64,000 nucleotides of DNA, taken from the NCBI GenBank assembly GCA_030390025.1, contig CM059432.1, positions 41,666,001-41,730,000 of the forward strand, written 5' to 3'. Positions within the stretch are counted from its first letter, which is position 1, and each line of letters begins with the position of its first letter. A program made the translations under genes and the position numbers. The notes under the pieces are model-generated. The model ran no database searches. It was not told where the DNA came from and saw only the letters and a list, made by a program, of their open reading frames with translations. Below, piece by piece: positions 36,039 to 49,504 of this stretch. Source of the DNA: Squalus acanthias. Lineage: Eukaryota.

Positions 36039-38328
36039 TCATCCTCACCAAGCTACCTGTCGCAGATGCATCTGTCCATGACAGCATTGGTAGCAGTGAC
36101 CACCGCACAGTCATTGTGGAGACAAAGTCCCGTCTTCACACTGAGGACACCCATCATCATGTTGTGTGGCATTACCACCGTGCTAAATGGGATAGATTCA
36201 GAACAGATCTAGCAACTCAAAACTGGGCATCCATGAGGCGCTGTGGACCATCAGCAGCAGCAGAATTGTATTCCACCACAATCTGTAACCTCATGGCCTG
36301 GAATATCCCTCACTCTACCATTACCATCAACCCTGGTTCAATAAGGAGTGTAGAAGAGCATGCCAGGAGCAGCACCAGGCGTACCTAAAAATGAGGTGCC
36401 AACCTGAGGAAACTGCAACACAGGACTACATGCATGCTAAAAAGCGGAAGCAGCATACTATAGACAGAGCTAAGCGATCCCACATTCAACGGATCAGATC
36501 AAAGCTCTGCAGTCCTGCCACATCCAGTCGTGAATGGTGGTGGACCATTAATCAACTAAGGGGAGGAGGAGGCTCCATGAATATCCCCATCCTCAATGAT
36601 GGTGGGGCCCAGCATGTGAGTGCAAAAGGCAAGGCTGAAGTGTTTGCAACCATCTTCAGCCAGAAGTGCCGAGTGGATGATCCATATCGTCCTCCTCCTG
36701 AGGTCACCACCACCACAGAAGCCAGTCTTCAGCCAATTCGATTCACTCCATGTGATATCAAGAAACAGTTGAGCGCACTGGATACAGCAAATGTTATGGG
36801 CCCCGACAACATCCCGGCTGTCGTGCTGAAGACTTGTGCTCTAGAACTAGCCGCGCCTCTAGCCAAGCTGTTCCAGTACAGCTACAACACTGGCATCTAT
36901 CCGACAGTGTGGAAGACTACCCAGGAATGTCCTGTCCATAAAAAGCAGGACAAATCCAATCCGGCCAATTACCGCCCCATCAGTCTACTCTCAGTCATCA
37001 GCAAAGTGATGGAAGGTGTCGTCGACAGTGCTATCAAGCAGCACTTACTCACCAATAACCTGCTCACTGATGCCCAGTTTGGGTTCCGCCAGGACCACTC
37101 GTCTCCAGACCTCATTACAGCCTTGGTCCAAACATGGATGAAAGAGCTGAATTCCAGAGGTGAGGTGAGAGTGACTGCCCTTGACATCAAGGCAGCATTT
37201 GACCGAGTGTGGCAGCAAGGAGTCCTAGTAAAACTGAAGTCAATAGGAATTGGGGGGGAAACTCTCCACTGGCTGGAGTCATGCCGTGCACAAAGGAAGA
37301 TGGTTGTGGTGGTTGGAGGTCAATCATCACAGCCCCAGGACATTGCTGCAGGAGTTCCTCAGGGCAGTGTCCTAGGCCCAACTATCTTCAGCTGTTTTAT
37401 CAATGGCCTTCCATCCAACATAAGGTCAGAAATGGGGATGTTCGCTGATGAATGCACAGTGTTCAGTGCCATTCACAACTCCTCAGATAATGAAGCAGTC
37501 CATGCCCACATGCAACAAGACCTGGACGACATTCAGGCTTGGGCTGATAAGTGGCAGGTAACTTTCGCGCCACACAAGTGCCAGGCAATCACTATCTCCA
37601 ACAAGTGAGAGTCTAACTACCGCCTTTGACATTCAACGGCATTACCATCGCTGAATCCCCCACCATCAACATGCTGGGGGTCACCATTGACCAGAAACTT
37701 AACTGGGCCAGCCACATAAATACTGTGGCAACAAGAGCAGGTCAGAGGCTAGGTATTCCGCAGCAAGTGTCTCACCTCCTGACTCCCCAAAGCCTTTCCA
37801 CCATCTACAAGGCACAAGTAAGGAGTGTGATGGAATACTCTCCACTTGCCTGGATGAGTGCAGCTCCAACAACACTCATGAAGCTCGACACCATCCAAGA
37901 CAAAGCAGCCCGCTTGATTGGCACCCCATCCACCACCTTAAACATTCACATACCGTGGCTGCAATGTGTACCATCTACAAGATGCACTGCAGCAACTCGC
38001 CAAGGCTTCTTTGGCAGCACCTCCCAAACCCTGCGACCTCTACCACCTAGAAGGACAAGGGCAGCAGGCACATGGGAACACCACCACCTCCAAGTTCCCC
38101 TCCAAGTCACACACCATACTGATTTGGAAGTATATCACCGTTCCTTCATCGTCGCTGGGTCAAAATCCTGGAACTCCCTCGCTAACAGCACTGTGGGAGC
38201 ACCTTCACCACACGGACTGCAGCAGTTCAAGAAGGCAGCTCACCACCACCTTCTGAAGGGCAATTAGGGATGGGTAATAAATGCTGGCCATGCCAGCGAC
38301 GCCCAGATCCAATGAACGAATAAAAAAA
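36039..38328 (+). mobile_element. CR1/L2-group LINE ('family B') with long RT ORF, nested in CR1
   Basis: 405-aa ORF 36391-37608 with NYRPISLLS, QFGFR, LDIKAAFD, GVPQGSVLGP, FADE; A-tail; AAATCC TSD. Confidence 0.9.
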
Positions 38329-39574
38329 AAATCCATGTACACCACATCAACCGCATTGCCCTTATCAACCATTTCTGTTACCTCATCAAAAAAACTCGAT
38401 CAAGTTGGCGATTTACCTTTAACAAATCCGTGCTGGCTTTCCTTAATTAATCCACCCTTGTCCAAGTGATTGTTAATTTTGTCCCTGACTATTGTTTCTA
38501 AAAGCTTCCCCACTACCGAGGTTAAACTGACTGGCCTATAGTTGCTGGGTTTATCTTTACACCCTTTTTTGAACAAGGGTGTAACATTTGCAATTTTCCA
38601 GTCCTCTGGCACCACCCCCATTTCTAAGGAGGATTGGAAGATTATTGCCAGTACCTCCACGATTTCTTCCTTCACTTCCCTCAGTGTCCTAGGATGCATC
38701 CCATCTGATCCTGGTGACTTATCTACTTTAAGTACAGCAGCCTTTCTAGCACCTTGTCTTTATCAACTTTTATCCCATCCAGTATCTCCTCTACCTCCTA
38801 CTTCACTATGTCTATGGCAACATCTTCTTCCTTGGTGAAGACAGATGCAAAGTACTCATTTAGTACCTTAGCCATACCCTCTGCCTCCGTGCGTAGGTCT
38901 CCTTTTTGGTCCCTAATCATCCCCACCCCTCCTCTTACTACCCGTTTTCTATTTATATGTTTATAGAAGACTTTTGGATTACCTTTTATGTTAGCTGCCA
39001 TTCTATTCTCATACCCTCTCTTTGCCCCTCTTATTTTCTTTTCCACTTCTCCTCTGAAATTTCTATATTTAGCCTGATCTCAGATGTATTCTCAACCTGA
39101 CATCTGTCATACGCGCTCTTTTTCTGCTTCATCTTACTCTCAATCTCTTTCATCATCCAGGGAGCTCTGACTTTAGTTGCCCTACCTTTCCCCCTAGTGG
39201 GAATGTACCTCGACTGTACCCGATCTAGTTCCTCTTTAAAGGCAGCCCATTGTTCCACTACAGTTTTGACTGCCAATCTTTGATTCCAATTTATCCGTTC
39301 TCATCCCACTGAAATTGGCCTTCCTCCAATTAAGTATTTTTACTCTAGATTGCTCCCTGTCCTTTTCCATAGCTAATCTAAACCTTATGATACCATGATC
39401 ACTGTTCCCTAATGTTTACCTACTGACTCTTGCTCCACTTGACCAACCTCATTCCCCAGAACCAGATCCAGCAATGCCTCCTTCCTCGTTGGGCCGGAAA
39501 CGTACTGATCAAGAAAGTTCTCCTGAACACACTTCAGAAATTCTTCCCCTTCCCTGCCCTTTACACTATTACTG

Positions 39575-40000
39575 TGTAGAATGGGCCTATACTCTCTGGA
39601 ATTTAGAAGAATAAGAGGTGATCTCATTGAAACATACAAGATTCTGAAGGGGATTGACAGGGTAGATGCTGAGAGGTTGTTTCCCCTGGCTGGAGTGTCT
39701 AGAACTAGGGGGCATAGTCTCAGGATAAGGGGTAGGCCATTTAAGACTGAGATGAGGAGGAATTTCTTCACTCAGAGGGTTGTGAATCTTTGGAATTCTC
39801 TGCCCCAGAGGGCTGTGAATGCTGAGTCTTTGAGTATATTCAAGGCTGAGATAGATAGATTTTTGGACTCTAGGGGAATCAAGGGATATGGAGATCGGGC
39901 GGGAAAGTGGAGTTGAGGTCGATGGTCAGCCATGATCTTACTGAATGGCGGAGCAGGCTCGAGGGGCCGTATGGCCAACTCCTGCTCATACTATGTTCTT
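39575..40000 (+). mobile_element. CR1 3' fragment nested antisense in CR1
   Basis: GLYSLEFRRIRGDLIETYKIL...RNFFTQRVVNLWNSLP. Confidence 0.85.
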
Positions 40001-41096
40001 GTTATCCCAGTCTATATTAGGATAGCTGAAGTCCCCCATTATCACTGCTCTATAGTTCTTGCATCTCTCTGTAATTTTTCTGCAAACTTGCTCCTCCATA
40101 TCTTTCCCACTAGTTGGTGGCCTATAGAATACACCTAGTAGTGTAATGGCTCCTCTATTATTTCTTAAATCTAGCCATATAGATTCTGTCCTTGACCCCT
40201 CCAGGACATCCTCTCTCTCTCCAGCACTGTAACAGTCTCCTTAACCAATACTGTCACACCATCTCCTATCTTTCCTTCCCTATCTTTCCTGAACATCTTA
40301 TATCCAGAAATATTTACTACCCAATCCTGCCCTTTTTTGAGCCAGGTCTCTGTCATTGCCACAACATCATATTCCCATGTGGCTATTTGTGCCTGCAGCT
40401 CACCAACCTTGTTTACTATGCTTCGTACGTTCACATACATACATTGTAAACCTATCTTAGACCATCTCTTAGTCTGACCCCACCTAATACCTTACTATTT
40501 CTTACTTTAGTGCTATCCATCTCTCCCAATCCTTTGTGCCCATTGTTTCTCCATTCTAATGCTACATCCTGGTGCCCATCCCCCTGCCAACTTAATTTAA
40601 ATCCTCCGCAACAGCACTAGCAAACCTCCCCGTGAGGATATTGGTACCGGCTCTGCTGAAGTGCAACTCGTCCGGCCTGTACAGGTCCCACCTCCCCCAG
40701 AACTGACCCCAATGCCCCAGAAATCTGAAGTCCTCCCTCTTGCACCATCTCTCCAGCTACGCATTCATTTGCTCTATCCTCCTATTTCTATACTCACTTG
40801 CGCGGGGCACCGGGAGTAATCCGAAGATTACTACCTTTGAGGTCCTGCTTTTTAATCTCTTTCCTAGTTCCCTAAAATCTGCCTGCAGGACCTCATCCCT
40901 CTTTCTACCTATGTCTATGGAAGAAAGCAGCAAGTTGGTGATTTGAAATGTTCTTCACAATGGAATAGGACCAGATAAGTAACCTGCTGATATCTGTATT
41001 GATTTTGCAGGAGAATACTATTACCGAGTACTTGAAATTGTTCTTTCTTGCCAAATATTTTGTTAAGTCTTTTTGTCTGTCAGACATATGTACTAT

Positions 41097-42490
41097 TTCT
41101 TCTTCTCCTTAGGCAGTCCCTCGGAACCGAGGATGACTTGCTTCCACACTAAAAATGAGTTCTCAGGTGACTGATGAGTCCAATGCGGGACCTACAGTCT
41201 CTGTCACAGGTGGGGCAGACGGTGGTTGAAGGGGCGGGTGGGTGGGGTGCTTGGGTTGACATGCGCTTGGCTTCCGTTTGCTCCCGGTGAAGAGACTCGA
41301 GGTGTTCGACGCCTTCCCGGATGCTTCTCCTCCACTTTGTGCGGTCTTGGGCCAGGGATTCCCAGGTGTCGATGGGGATGTTGCACTTTTTCAAGGAGGC
41401 TTTGAGGGTGTCCTTGAAGCGTTTCCTCTGCCCACCTGGGGCTCTCTTGCCATGTCGGAGCTCCGAGTAGAGCGCTTGCTTTGGGAGTCTCATATCGGGC
41501 ATGCAGACGATGTGGCCTGTCCATCGGAGCTGATCGAGCATGGTCAAAGCTTTGATGCTGGGGATGTTAACCTGAGCAAGAACACTGATGTTGGTGCGCC
41601 TATCCTGCCAATGGATTTGCAGGATCTTGCGGAGGCAGCGTTGGTGGTACCTCGCCAGTGCTTTGAGGTGCCTGCTGTACATGGTCCATGTCTCTGAAGC
41701 ATACAGGAGGGCGGGTATCACTACTGCTCTGTAGACCATGAGCTTGGTGCTGGGTTTGAGGTCCTGGTCTTCAAACACTCTCTTCCTCAGGTGACCGAAG
41801 GCTGCACTGGCACACTGAAGGCGGTGTTGGACTTCGTCATCGACGTCTGCCCTTGTTGACAGTAGGCTCCCGAGGTATGGAAAGTGGTCCACGTTGTCCA
41901 AGGCCTTGTCGTGGAGTCTGGTAATTGGGAAGCAGTACTGTGTGGCGGGGGCAGGTTGGTAGAGGACCTTTGTCTTACGGATGTTTAGTGTAAGGCCCAT
42001 GTTCTCGTATGCTTCAGTGAAGGTGTTGACGATGGTTTGGAGTTCGACCTCAGAGTGTCCGCAGACGCAAGCGTCGTCTGCATACTGTAATTTGATGACA
42101 GAGGATGGGACGACCTTGGATCTGGACTGGTGGCAACAGAGGTTGAACAGTTTCCCATTTGTTCTGTAAATTAGCCCCACTTCAGCGGGAAGCTTACTGA
42201 GGGTGAGATGGAGCATTGCAGCCAGGAAGATCGAGAAGAGCATTGGTGCGATGATACAGCCTTGCTTGACCCCGGTCCGTACGTGAATTGGGTCTGTGGT
42301 GGATCCGTTGGTCAGGATGACGGCTTACATCTCGTCGTGAAGCAGGCGGAGGATGGTGACAAACTTTTGAGGGCAGCCGAATTTGAGGTCACTCCATAAT
42401 CCCTCACGGTTGACAGTGTCGAAGGCCTTCGTGAGATGAAAGAAGGCCAGGTACAGCGGTTGGTGCTGTTCCCTGCATTCCTCTTGTAGT
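41097..42490 (-). mobile_element. RTE-clade LINE, 3' half of RT
   Basis: 364-aa ORF with QYADD, FPYLGS and C-terminal CPTCDRDCRSRIGLISHLRTH; (GAA)n tail. Confidence 0.9.
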
Positions 42491-42859
42491 TGATTATTTA
42501 GCTTGCAGTTCAGCATGCAGTTAAAGTTTTGTGGCTGTCTCTTTCATTCTATGCCATTTTATTGTTGAGACTGACAGAGATAATACATTGAATGCTAACA
42601 GGGTGTTGGCTCAGTATTGCTTGCTCTTTTATGATTTAACTTTAGTAGTTCTCTGGATTGTTTCCTGTTCTCTTTTTCTTTTGTCTGTCTCGTTGTAAAT
42701 GCTAAATCCTCTGGTCCTTTGTCATCTTGCTTCCCATTTTTGATGCTATCATTCAGTTTCTCTAGCTATTCCAAAGCACAACACTGTTGTAAGTCATCAA
42801 AGTGCATGTTATTTAATTTTAATAGTTTATCAATAAGGCTTTTTGTTTATTTTTGCCTT

Positions 42860-43900
42860 CCTTTCATTCTGTCCATTGTGTATGTACCGGCTCTTTGCTC
42901 GAGCAATCCAAAACTAATATTGCTGTCCTGTTTTCTCCTCAATTTTCCCTTAAAAGATGCATTGGTCTCTGACTCAACTACTCCCCATGACAAAGTATTC
43001 CATGATCTAACAACCTTCTGTATAAAGAAATATCGCCTAACCCAACCTTTCTCCTCTTAGTGATAATTTATGACCCCTCACCATTGACTCCCCATAGGGA
43101 ACAGTCTTATTCATTCTATCTAAACTCCTCATAATTAAAAAAAGGTTCTATTAAATCTCCTCTTAACCTTTTCTTGTCTAGCGCCTGCATCTCAAGTGTC
43201 TCATCACAACTATAGTTTTTCTTCCCTGGCATCATCATGGTTAATCTAAGCTATATGTTCTCTAGGGCTTTAATGTCTATTTTATAATGTGGTGCCAAAA
43301 ACAGTACTCTAACTGCGGTCCAACAAAAGTTTTGTATAAATTCATCATTACTTCTTTACTCTTGTACACTTTGCCTCTGTTTATAAAATCCTAAATTCTA
43401 TTGTCATTTTTATGGTTTTATCTACCTGCGCTCACACTTATTATGTATTTAAACGCCTGGGTTTCTGTTCATCCACACTTTTCAGTGTCCTTTCATTAAG
43501 TGTACATTCATTCGCATTCTTCATTTTTCACCCAAAACATTTGACCTCACACTTATATCCATATTAATATGCATCTGCCACCTGTTTGCCCATTCTGCTA
43601 ACCTGTCTATGTCTTCTGCAATCCTCTTTGTTGCTGTCTACCAAACATTTGCATAATCAACAAATGTTGTGATTGTGTTCCTTACACCCAAGTCCAAATC
43701 ATCTATATATATCTCAAGAACAAAAGTGGACCCAGCACTGTTTGCTGGGATACCCCACTTCTAACTTTCCTCCAAACAAAACCAATTTACCCCAACCCTT
43801 TGTTTCCTGTTCATCAACCAACGTTCTAACCAAGCTGCTACATTTCTTCTTATACCATATGCCTGAATGTTTCTAACAAGCCTCTTGTGAGACACTTTCC
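42860..43900 (-). mobile_element. Old degraded CR1
   Basis: HKRLVRNIQAYGIRRNVAAWLERWLMNRKQRV remnant. Confidence 0.7.
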
Positions 43901-43979
43901 TTCTAAAAATTACTACAGAATCACCTGCTGAGCCATTTAGCAATACCACTACAGGAAGTCAATGCTTTATTTAGTAAGA

Positions 43980-44173
43980 AGTCGCACAACACCAGGTTAT
44001 AGTCCAACAGCTTTATTTGAAATCACAAGCTTTCGGAGCGCTGCTCACCTGACGAAGGAGCAGCGCTCCGAAAGCTTGTGATTTCAAATAAAACTGTTGG
44101 ACTATAACCTGGTGTTGTGCGACTTCTCACATTTGTCCACCCCAGTCCAACACCAGCATCTCCACATCATGGC
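43980..44173 (+). mobile_element. Penelope-type pLTR inverted-repeat insertion
   Basis: About 70-bp near-perfect inverted arms (43974-44046 / 44058-44130); 13-bp TSD TTATTTAGTAAGA at 43967-43979 and 44174-44186. Confidence 0.75.
44046..44080 (+). ncRNA. Minimal type-I hammerhead ribozyme motif
   Basis: CAC-CTGACGA-A-GGAGC-AGC-GCTCC-GAAAGCTT-GTG. Confidence 0.7.
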
Positions 44174-44849
44174 TTATTTAGTAAGAGTAATGGACATGTG
44201 TAGACATGGCTGTCATGGATGGGATTATAAATTCCTTACTTAAAAGGTTCATCTATTTGACCATGCCTGATGACTCTTGCTGACTGAAGTGTTACTTGTG
44301 GTCAAGTTTGTCTTTTTATTTCGGTTGTTGCTGCCCTCCTTCTCCTACTTGCTCCATGACTATGCCCCTTTGTAGGGCAAAGTTGTGCATTGCAAAGTTG
44401 TTCAGGACAAAGCAGACTATAGATAATCTTTCAGACATTATTTTGGCTGTACTGTAGAACTGTCTCAATCTTTGCAGGCACCTGAATAACAGCTTGAGGA
44501 TGCTGGTGGTGTGTTCGAATAAGATCCAGGTGGAAGGATCTGTCACACTGTACATCACTTCAGGTCTTATCTTATACAGTGGTGGCATCAGCCTTGGCTG
44601 CAGTACATATCTTTGGTCACCCAGGAGCCATCCCTTTAGTTTTTGGGACCTTTCAAATAATGGTGACTACTGTAGGATAAAAGAAAGCTAGCGTAGCAGC
44701 TCCAATAATGCTCATCACATACATAATTCTGTTCTTATGGTCGCAGACCAGCTGCACATTCATGGAATGGCAGCCCTTTTTGCTCATGAATGAAGCAGCA
44801 TTGGGTAGGGGTGCATATCCCGCTTGACTACGACCATGCCCTGCAAAAA

Positions 44850-47283
44850 CAACCTTTTGTAATGTAATAAAAACATCCCAAGATGCTTCAGAGGAGTTTT
44901 ATTATACAAAACTTTACACAGAGCCACATAAAGAGATATTAAGACCGATGACCAAAAGCTTGGCCAAAGAGCTAGGTTTTAAGGAGCGACTTAAAAGGAG
45001 AGAGAAGTAGAGAGATTTAGGGAGGGAATTCCAGAGCTTGGGGTCTAGGCCAGGGGTTCTCAACCTTTTTGTTTCTGAGGCCCCCTTCCCCTGTTATAAA
45101 AATTCCACGGATCCCCTGTGAGGGGAGAGAAGGGGAGGGGAGAAGTGGGTGTGGGAGGGAGAAGGGGGTGTGTGAAGGGTGGGGATGGGGGTTCATCTCA
45201 CATGGCTGCCATTAGCAAACGTCATAGTTCACTAGGCCTCAGCCCCTCAACACAAACAGGGATAACTTTCTATCCACTTTACGGCACCTGGAGGTCCTCG
45301 CGTCCAGGTCCCAGGCCTCATTCACCCTCTGACAGATCTTCGATGCACTCGAAGGTGATCTCGAACTAAAAAGGGTTGAAAAACGGTGACGGGTTGTACA
45401 GCACCACCACGTTGTTCACCTGCATCTTCGCCATGGCTCCTACGGGGTAGTTTTGTGGTTTTTTCCCCCTTAGGCTCACCCACGCTGATTTAAAACAGTG
45501 ACCTAGGCCCCAGGCTGGCTTGGCAGAATGTGGCGGGCCCCAAGTCCTTGCTTTCCCGCAGAAGCTCCAGCCCAACCTTCTTCTCCACCTGCCGCTCTCG
45601 ATTGGTTCCCAGAGCGCCCACTGGCAGCGCGCGCCTCTACTGCCACCAAAGGCCCGGCCGCTGACCACCCCGCAGGGTGCCACCTGCAGGCGGCAGCAGT
45701 GAGGCGGGACCACCCAAAGCCACCTGCTTAAACTAGTTGATTTCCCATGGCATGGACCCCTTGAAATCTTCTTGCGGACCCCCGTTTGAGAACCCCTGGT
45801 CTGAATGAAAGGCCGCCAATGGTAGAGCGATGGAAAATCAGGGATGCGCAAGAGGTCAGATTGGAGAAGGGAGGGGTGAGGCCATGGAGGGATCTGAACA
45901 GAAGGCTGAGAATTTTAAAATCGAGGTGTTGCAGGACCAAGAGCCAATGTAGGTCAGCGAGCACAGGGTGATGGGTGAATGGGACTTGGTGAGAGTTAGG
46001 ATAAGTTTACGGAGGGTGGAAGTTGGTGGGCCAGGAAAGCATTGGAATAGTCGAGTCTGGCGGTAACAAAGGCATGGATGAAGGTTTCAGCAATGGATGA
46101 GCTGAGGTAGGGGCAGAAGCAGACGATATTACGGAGGTGGAAGTAGGCGGTCTTGGTTATGGAGAGGATATGGAGTCGGAAGCTCATCTTTGGCTCAAAT
46201 AGGATGCTGAGGATGTGAACAGTCCGGTTCAACCTCAGACAGTTGCCAGGGAGGGGGATGGAGTTGGTGGCTAGGGAACGGAGTTTCTGGTGGGGACCGG
46301 CTGTGATCTGCCAATATTTAATTGGAGGAAATTTCTGCTCATCCAATACTGGATGTCGGACAAACAGAGTGACAAATCAGAGACAGTGGAAAGGTCAAGA
46401 GAGATGGTGGTGAAGTAGAGCTGGGTGTCATCAGCTGACATTGTGTTTTAGGATGATGTCGCTCTGGGACAACATGTAGATGAGAAATAGGAGGGGGGCA
46501 AGGATAGATCTTTGGGGGACTGCAGGAGGTAATGGTGCGGATGTGGGAAGAGAAGCCATTGCAGGAGAATCTCTTCCTACGACTGGAGAGATAGGAATGG
46601 AACTAGGTGAGGGCAGTCTCACCCTGCTGTACAATGGAGGAGAGGCGCTGGAGAAGGATGGTGTGGTCAATCGTGTCAAAGGCTCCAGACAGGTCGAGAA
46701 GGATGAGAATGGATAGTTCACCATGGTCACAGTCACATAAGATGTCATTTGTTGTGACTTTTGTGGCGGGGCGGAAACCTGATTGGAGAGGTTCAAGCAT
46801 GGAGCTGTGGGAAAGTTGGGCACGGATTTTGGAGGCGACAACATGTTCAAGGACTTGAGAGGAAAGAGAGGTTGGAGATAGGGTGGTAGTTTGCAAGGAC
46901 AGAGCGTTCAAGGGTGGATTTTTTGAGGGGAGGGGTTGATGTTGGCAGATTTGAAAGGGAGGGGGGACAGGACCTGAGGAGAGGAAACCATTAACAATAT
47001 CAGCTAACATGGGGGCCAGGAAGGGAAGTTGGATGCTCAGTAGTTTGGTGGGAATCAGGTCAAGGGAGTAGGAGGTAGGTCTCATGGACAAGATGGGCTT
47101 GGACAGGGCATGAGGGGAGATAAGAGAGAAACTAGAGAAGTTGCGAGTTCAGGGCCAGGGCAGGTGAACACCTTGGGGGAAGTTTGGCTTGGTGGTCTAG
47201 GGGAAGGGAGGGAAGCGGCAGAGGCAGCTAAATGGATGGTCTCAATCTTAGTGACAAAGACGTCCATGAGCTCCTCATACTTG
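44850..47283 (-). mobile_element. L2 LINE, 5'-truncated
   Basis: LDLIPTKLL, PLQSGFRP, LLDLSGAFDTIDH, AYFHLRNI, LADLHWL: typical L2 ORF2 motifs. Confidence 0.85.
45051..45798. mobile_element. hAT (Charlie-like) MITE nested in L2
   Basis: TIR CAGGGGTTCTCAA / TTGAGAACCCCTG; target GTCTAGGC on the left, only GTCT retained on the right. Confidence 0.8.
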
Positions 47284-47830
47284 TTGTACCCCTGCCACAC
47301 AATAGAAGTGGATACTTTTCAAAGGCAAACTGATTGATTCAATGGGCCTGTCAAACAATGTAACAATGAAATGCACGATGCAAGTGTGCCCTGAAGGCTG
47401 GGAGTTGTGACAGAAATCTCGTGTGGTTGCTTGGTAGGAGTTTGCCGTATAAAAGTTCAATGCACCTGTAACCTTCACAGCCACTGACAGCCTGTCCTGG
47501 AAGTTTTTCTCTAGTCTGGCTGCAGGAGTGTGCATAGTTTTGTTATTGCCATCTTCAGGAATACTAGTGGTTTCAGACAAATGTAGATACAAGAATCTAA
47601 TCATGTACACATGGGCAGATGGATTCAAATGGAATGTCAGTATATATTCTATAATTCTGCTGCTACTCTATTACCTGCAAATAGAGAGGTTTCTCCATCG
47701 GGATAGCTCATTGTAAGTCAGTACACCATTTACTGGACAAAAAATTCAGATGCATATACAGTACAGATTTAAGAAGCTATCAGGAAATCTCTAAGAAATG
47801 TCCCTATCTTCCTTTGTCCAACCATATCAT

Positions 47831-49493
47831 TGGGCCAAAAATTCGGCCCTTGCCGGGTGAGTACGCACTGTGTACTCACCCGTAAGGCGTCCTGAAGTGC
47901 CGGTTTCCTGCATGCACTGCGCATGTGCGAGAAACTGGAACTTCCGGTCTGGTGAAGGGAGCGGTTCATAGGTGAACCGCGTGCGCGGTAGAGGCTGCGC
48001 GCACGCAGCAAACTTAGGGGTAGAAATTAGGTCGCGCCCCATTTGGGGCGCAAATATCGTCCGGACGCAAATATTAGCGCCTGGCGCTAATTATCGGCAC
48101 TGACGGGAAACTTCACTTTTACCGCCCCGGGAGGTGAGTGGAGCGCTAAAGCAGGCGCTGCACACCTCTCTTAAGGCGCAAAGGCCAAGGAGTGAGGCGC
48201 TAACTCGGAGCGCTGGCGAAGCTCATGTAATGTCAGTCAGCAATAGAACACACACACAATGGCACGGGCCAGTTCTTAAAGGGGATGGTTAATCTTGCTT
48301 TCCATCCACATCCTGTTCATTGCTGCCTTGAATCTCGGCCTGGAGAGACTTGCACATCAAATGTGCTGGAAAGAACAATGGAGAGCACCAGGCAAAGAGC
48401 TCAGAGTGCAGCTCCCACGGTCTCTGCTAAATCGATACAAGGAATGGCAAATCAAAATGAACCTGCAAAGTGCTGCTCAGTACCCAAAACTCCTTCACAC
48501 AGCGTTGAATCTCTCCAGAAGTCTCTCCCTCTCTCTCTCAGAATGCGTAGTTCAAAAATGCCACCAACAATAAAAGACAGGAAGAGGCCCCCTTTAAATA
48601 GCGCCCCCCCCAGCCCCACAGCGATTGATAGCGTTCCAGTCTTCTGGTCGTTGGAAGCGCCAGGCGGTAAGGCAGGGGGCGCCACTCAATTTCCGCTACG
48701 GGGCGCCCCAAGGGCGTTGCACCATGGAATGACGTCACAATCTGCGCGCGCAGGTGGTCGCAGCGGTAAGTTTTAGCGCCGCCGCACAATCTCAAGTTAA
48801 GTTCTCGAGCGGCGCAAACATCGCTGCGCCCGGGCGTTAGTGGCTTTGCGCCCCATTAGCGCCCTCTTAAGGCGCTAACGGGTGGCGCAACCAAGTGAAT
48901 TTTTACCCCTTAGGGTTTTTTTCAGGTTTCTCCGGGAGGGTAAGTATTGAAGAACCTGCGCTTTTAAAAAGGAGGCGCAGGACCCGTTTTCAACAAGGTA
49001 AGTGGTTAATTCATTATAATTTAAACATTTTTTCAACAGGTTTATCTTTTTTAGATACTTTAAAGAAAGGTAAGTTTATTTTTAGCACTGTTAAAAAGTA
49101 TTTTAATTTTTTCAAAAATTTAAATTTTTGTTTAAAGTAGTTAATTTATTTAACTTATAGTTATTTTATAAATGTGATGGTTTTTTAAAAAATTATTTTA
49201 AGTTTAGCTGTTCTTTTGGGGCCGATTTCAATTCATAGATTTGACAGGTCTTCCTGTCAAATCTATGAATGAAAGATGGTCTGCTGCCATTGGCTCTCCA
49301 TGGCCCACGTGATCCCAGGGGACGCATCGCACTAACTACACCCCTGGGACACGCAAGCACTGCGCGCCGGCACTTGGAGCAGGCCCAGGAGCTGAAGTTC
49401 CCGTGGGCCCAGAGGTCAACGGCAGGCGCGGTAGGTAAGTGCGCGCGTGATTCTTACCCGCGCGGCAAGCCGGAGAGGCAAATTTCAGGGCCA
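47831..49493. mobile_element. MITE of the same family as 9253-9994, interrupted by a second MITE
   Basis: TIRs TGGGCCAAAAATT / AAATTTCAGGGCCA, AT flanks, colinear with the 9253-9994 copy. Confidence 0.8.
48017..48909. mobile_element. Harbinger-type MITE, CpG-rich
   Basis: TIR GGGGTAGAAATT / AATTTTTACCCC; TTA TSD at 48014-48016 and 48910-48912; many subterminal GGCGC/GCGCC motifs. Confidence 0.85.
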
Positions 49494-49504
49494 ATATAGT
49501 AGAG

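Larger units (their letters stand above)
34860..40915 (-). mobile_element. Long CR1 LINE (endonuclease plus RT), interrupted by two insertions
   Basis: EN YVNVRSIVNKVGEL...MTETWL; RT NYRPVSLTSVVGK, FADATKL; CATAGAAT tail at about 34860. Confidence 0.9.
44280..47560 (-). mobile_element. Degraded Harbinger transposase split by an L2 insertion (44280-44835 and 47283-47560)
   Basis: LSVAVKVTGALNFY at the 5' part; LLFRCL...VCFVLNNFA at the 3' part. Confidence 0.6.

Noticed and set aside
47830..49500. CpG island or promoter of a host gene
   Set aside because: The CpG richness is fully explained by two nested MITEs with TIRs and target duplications.
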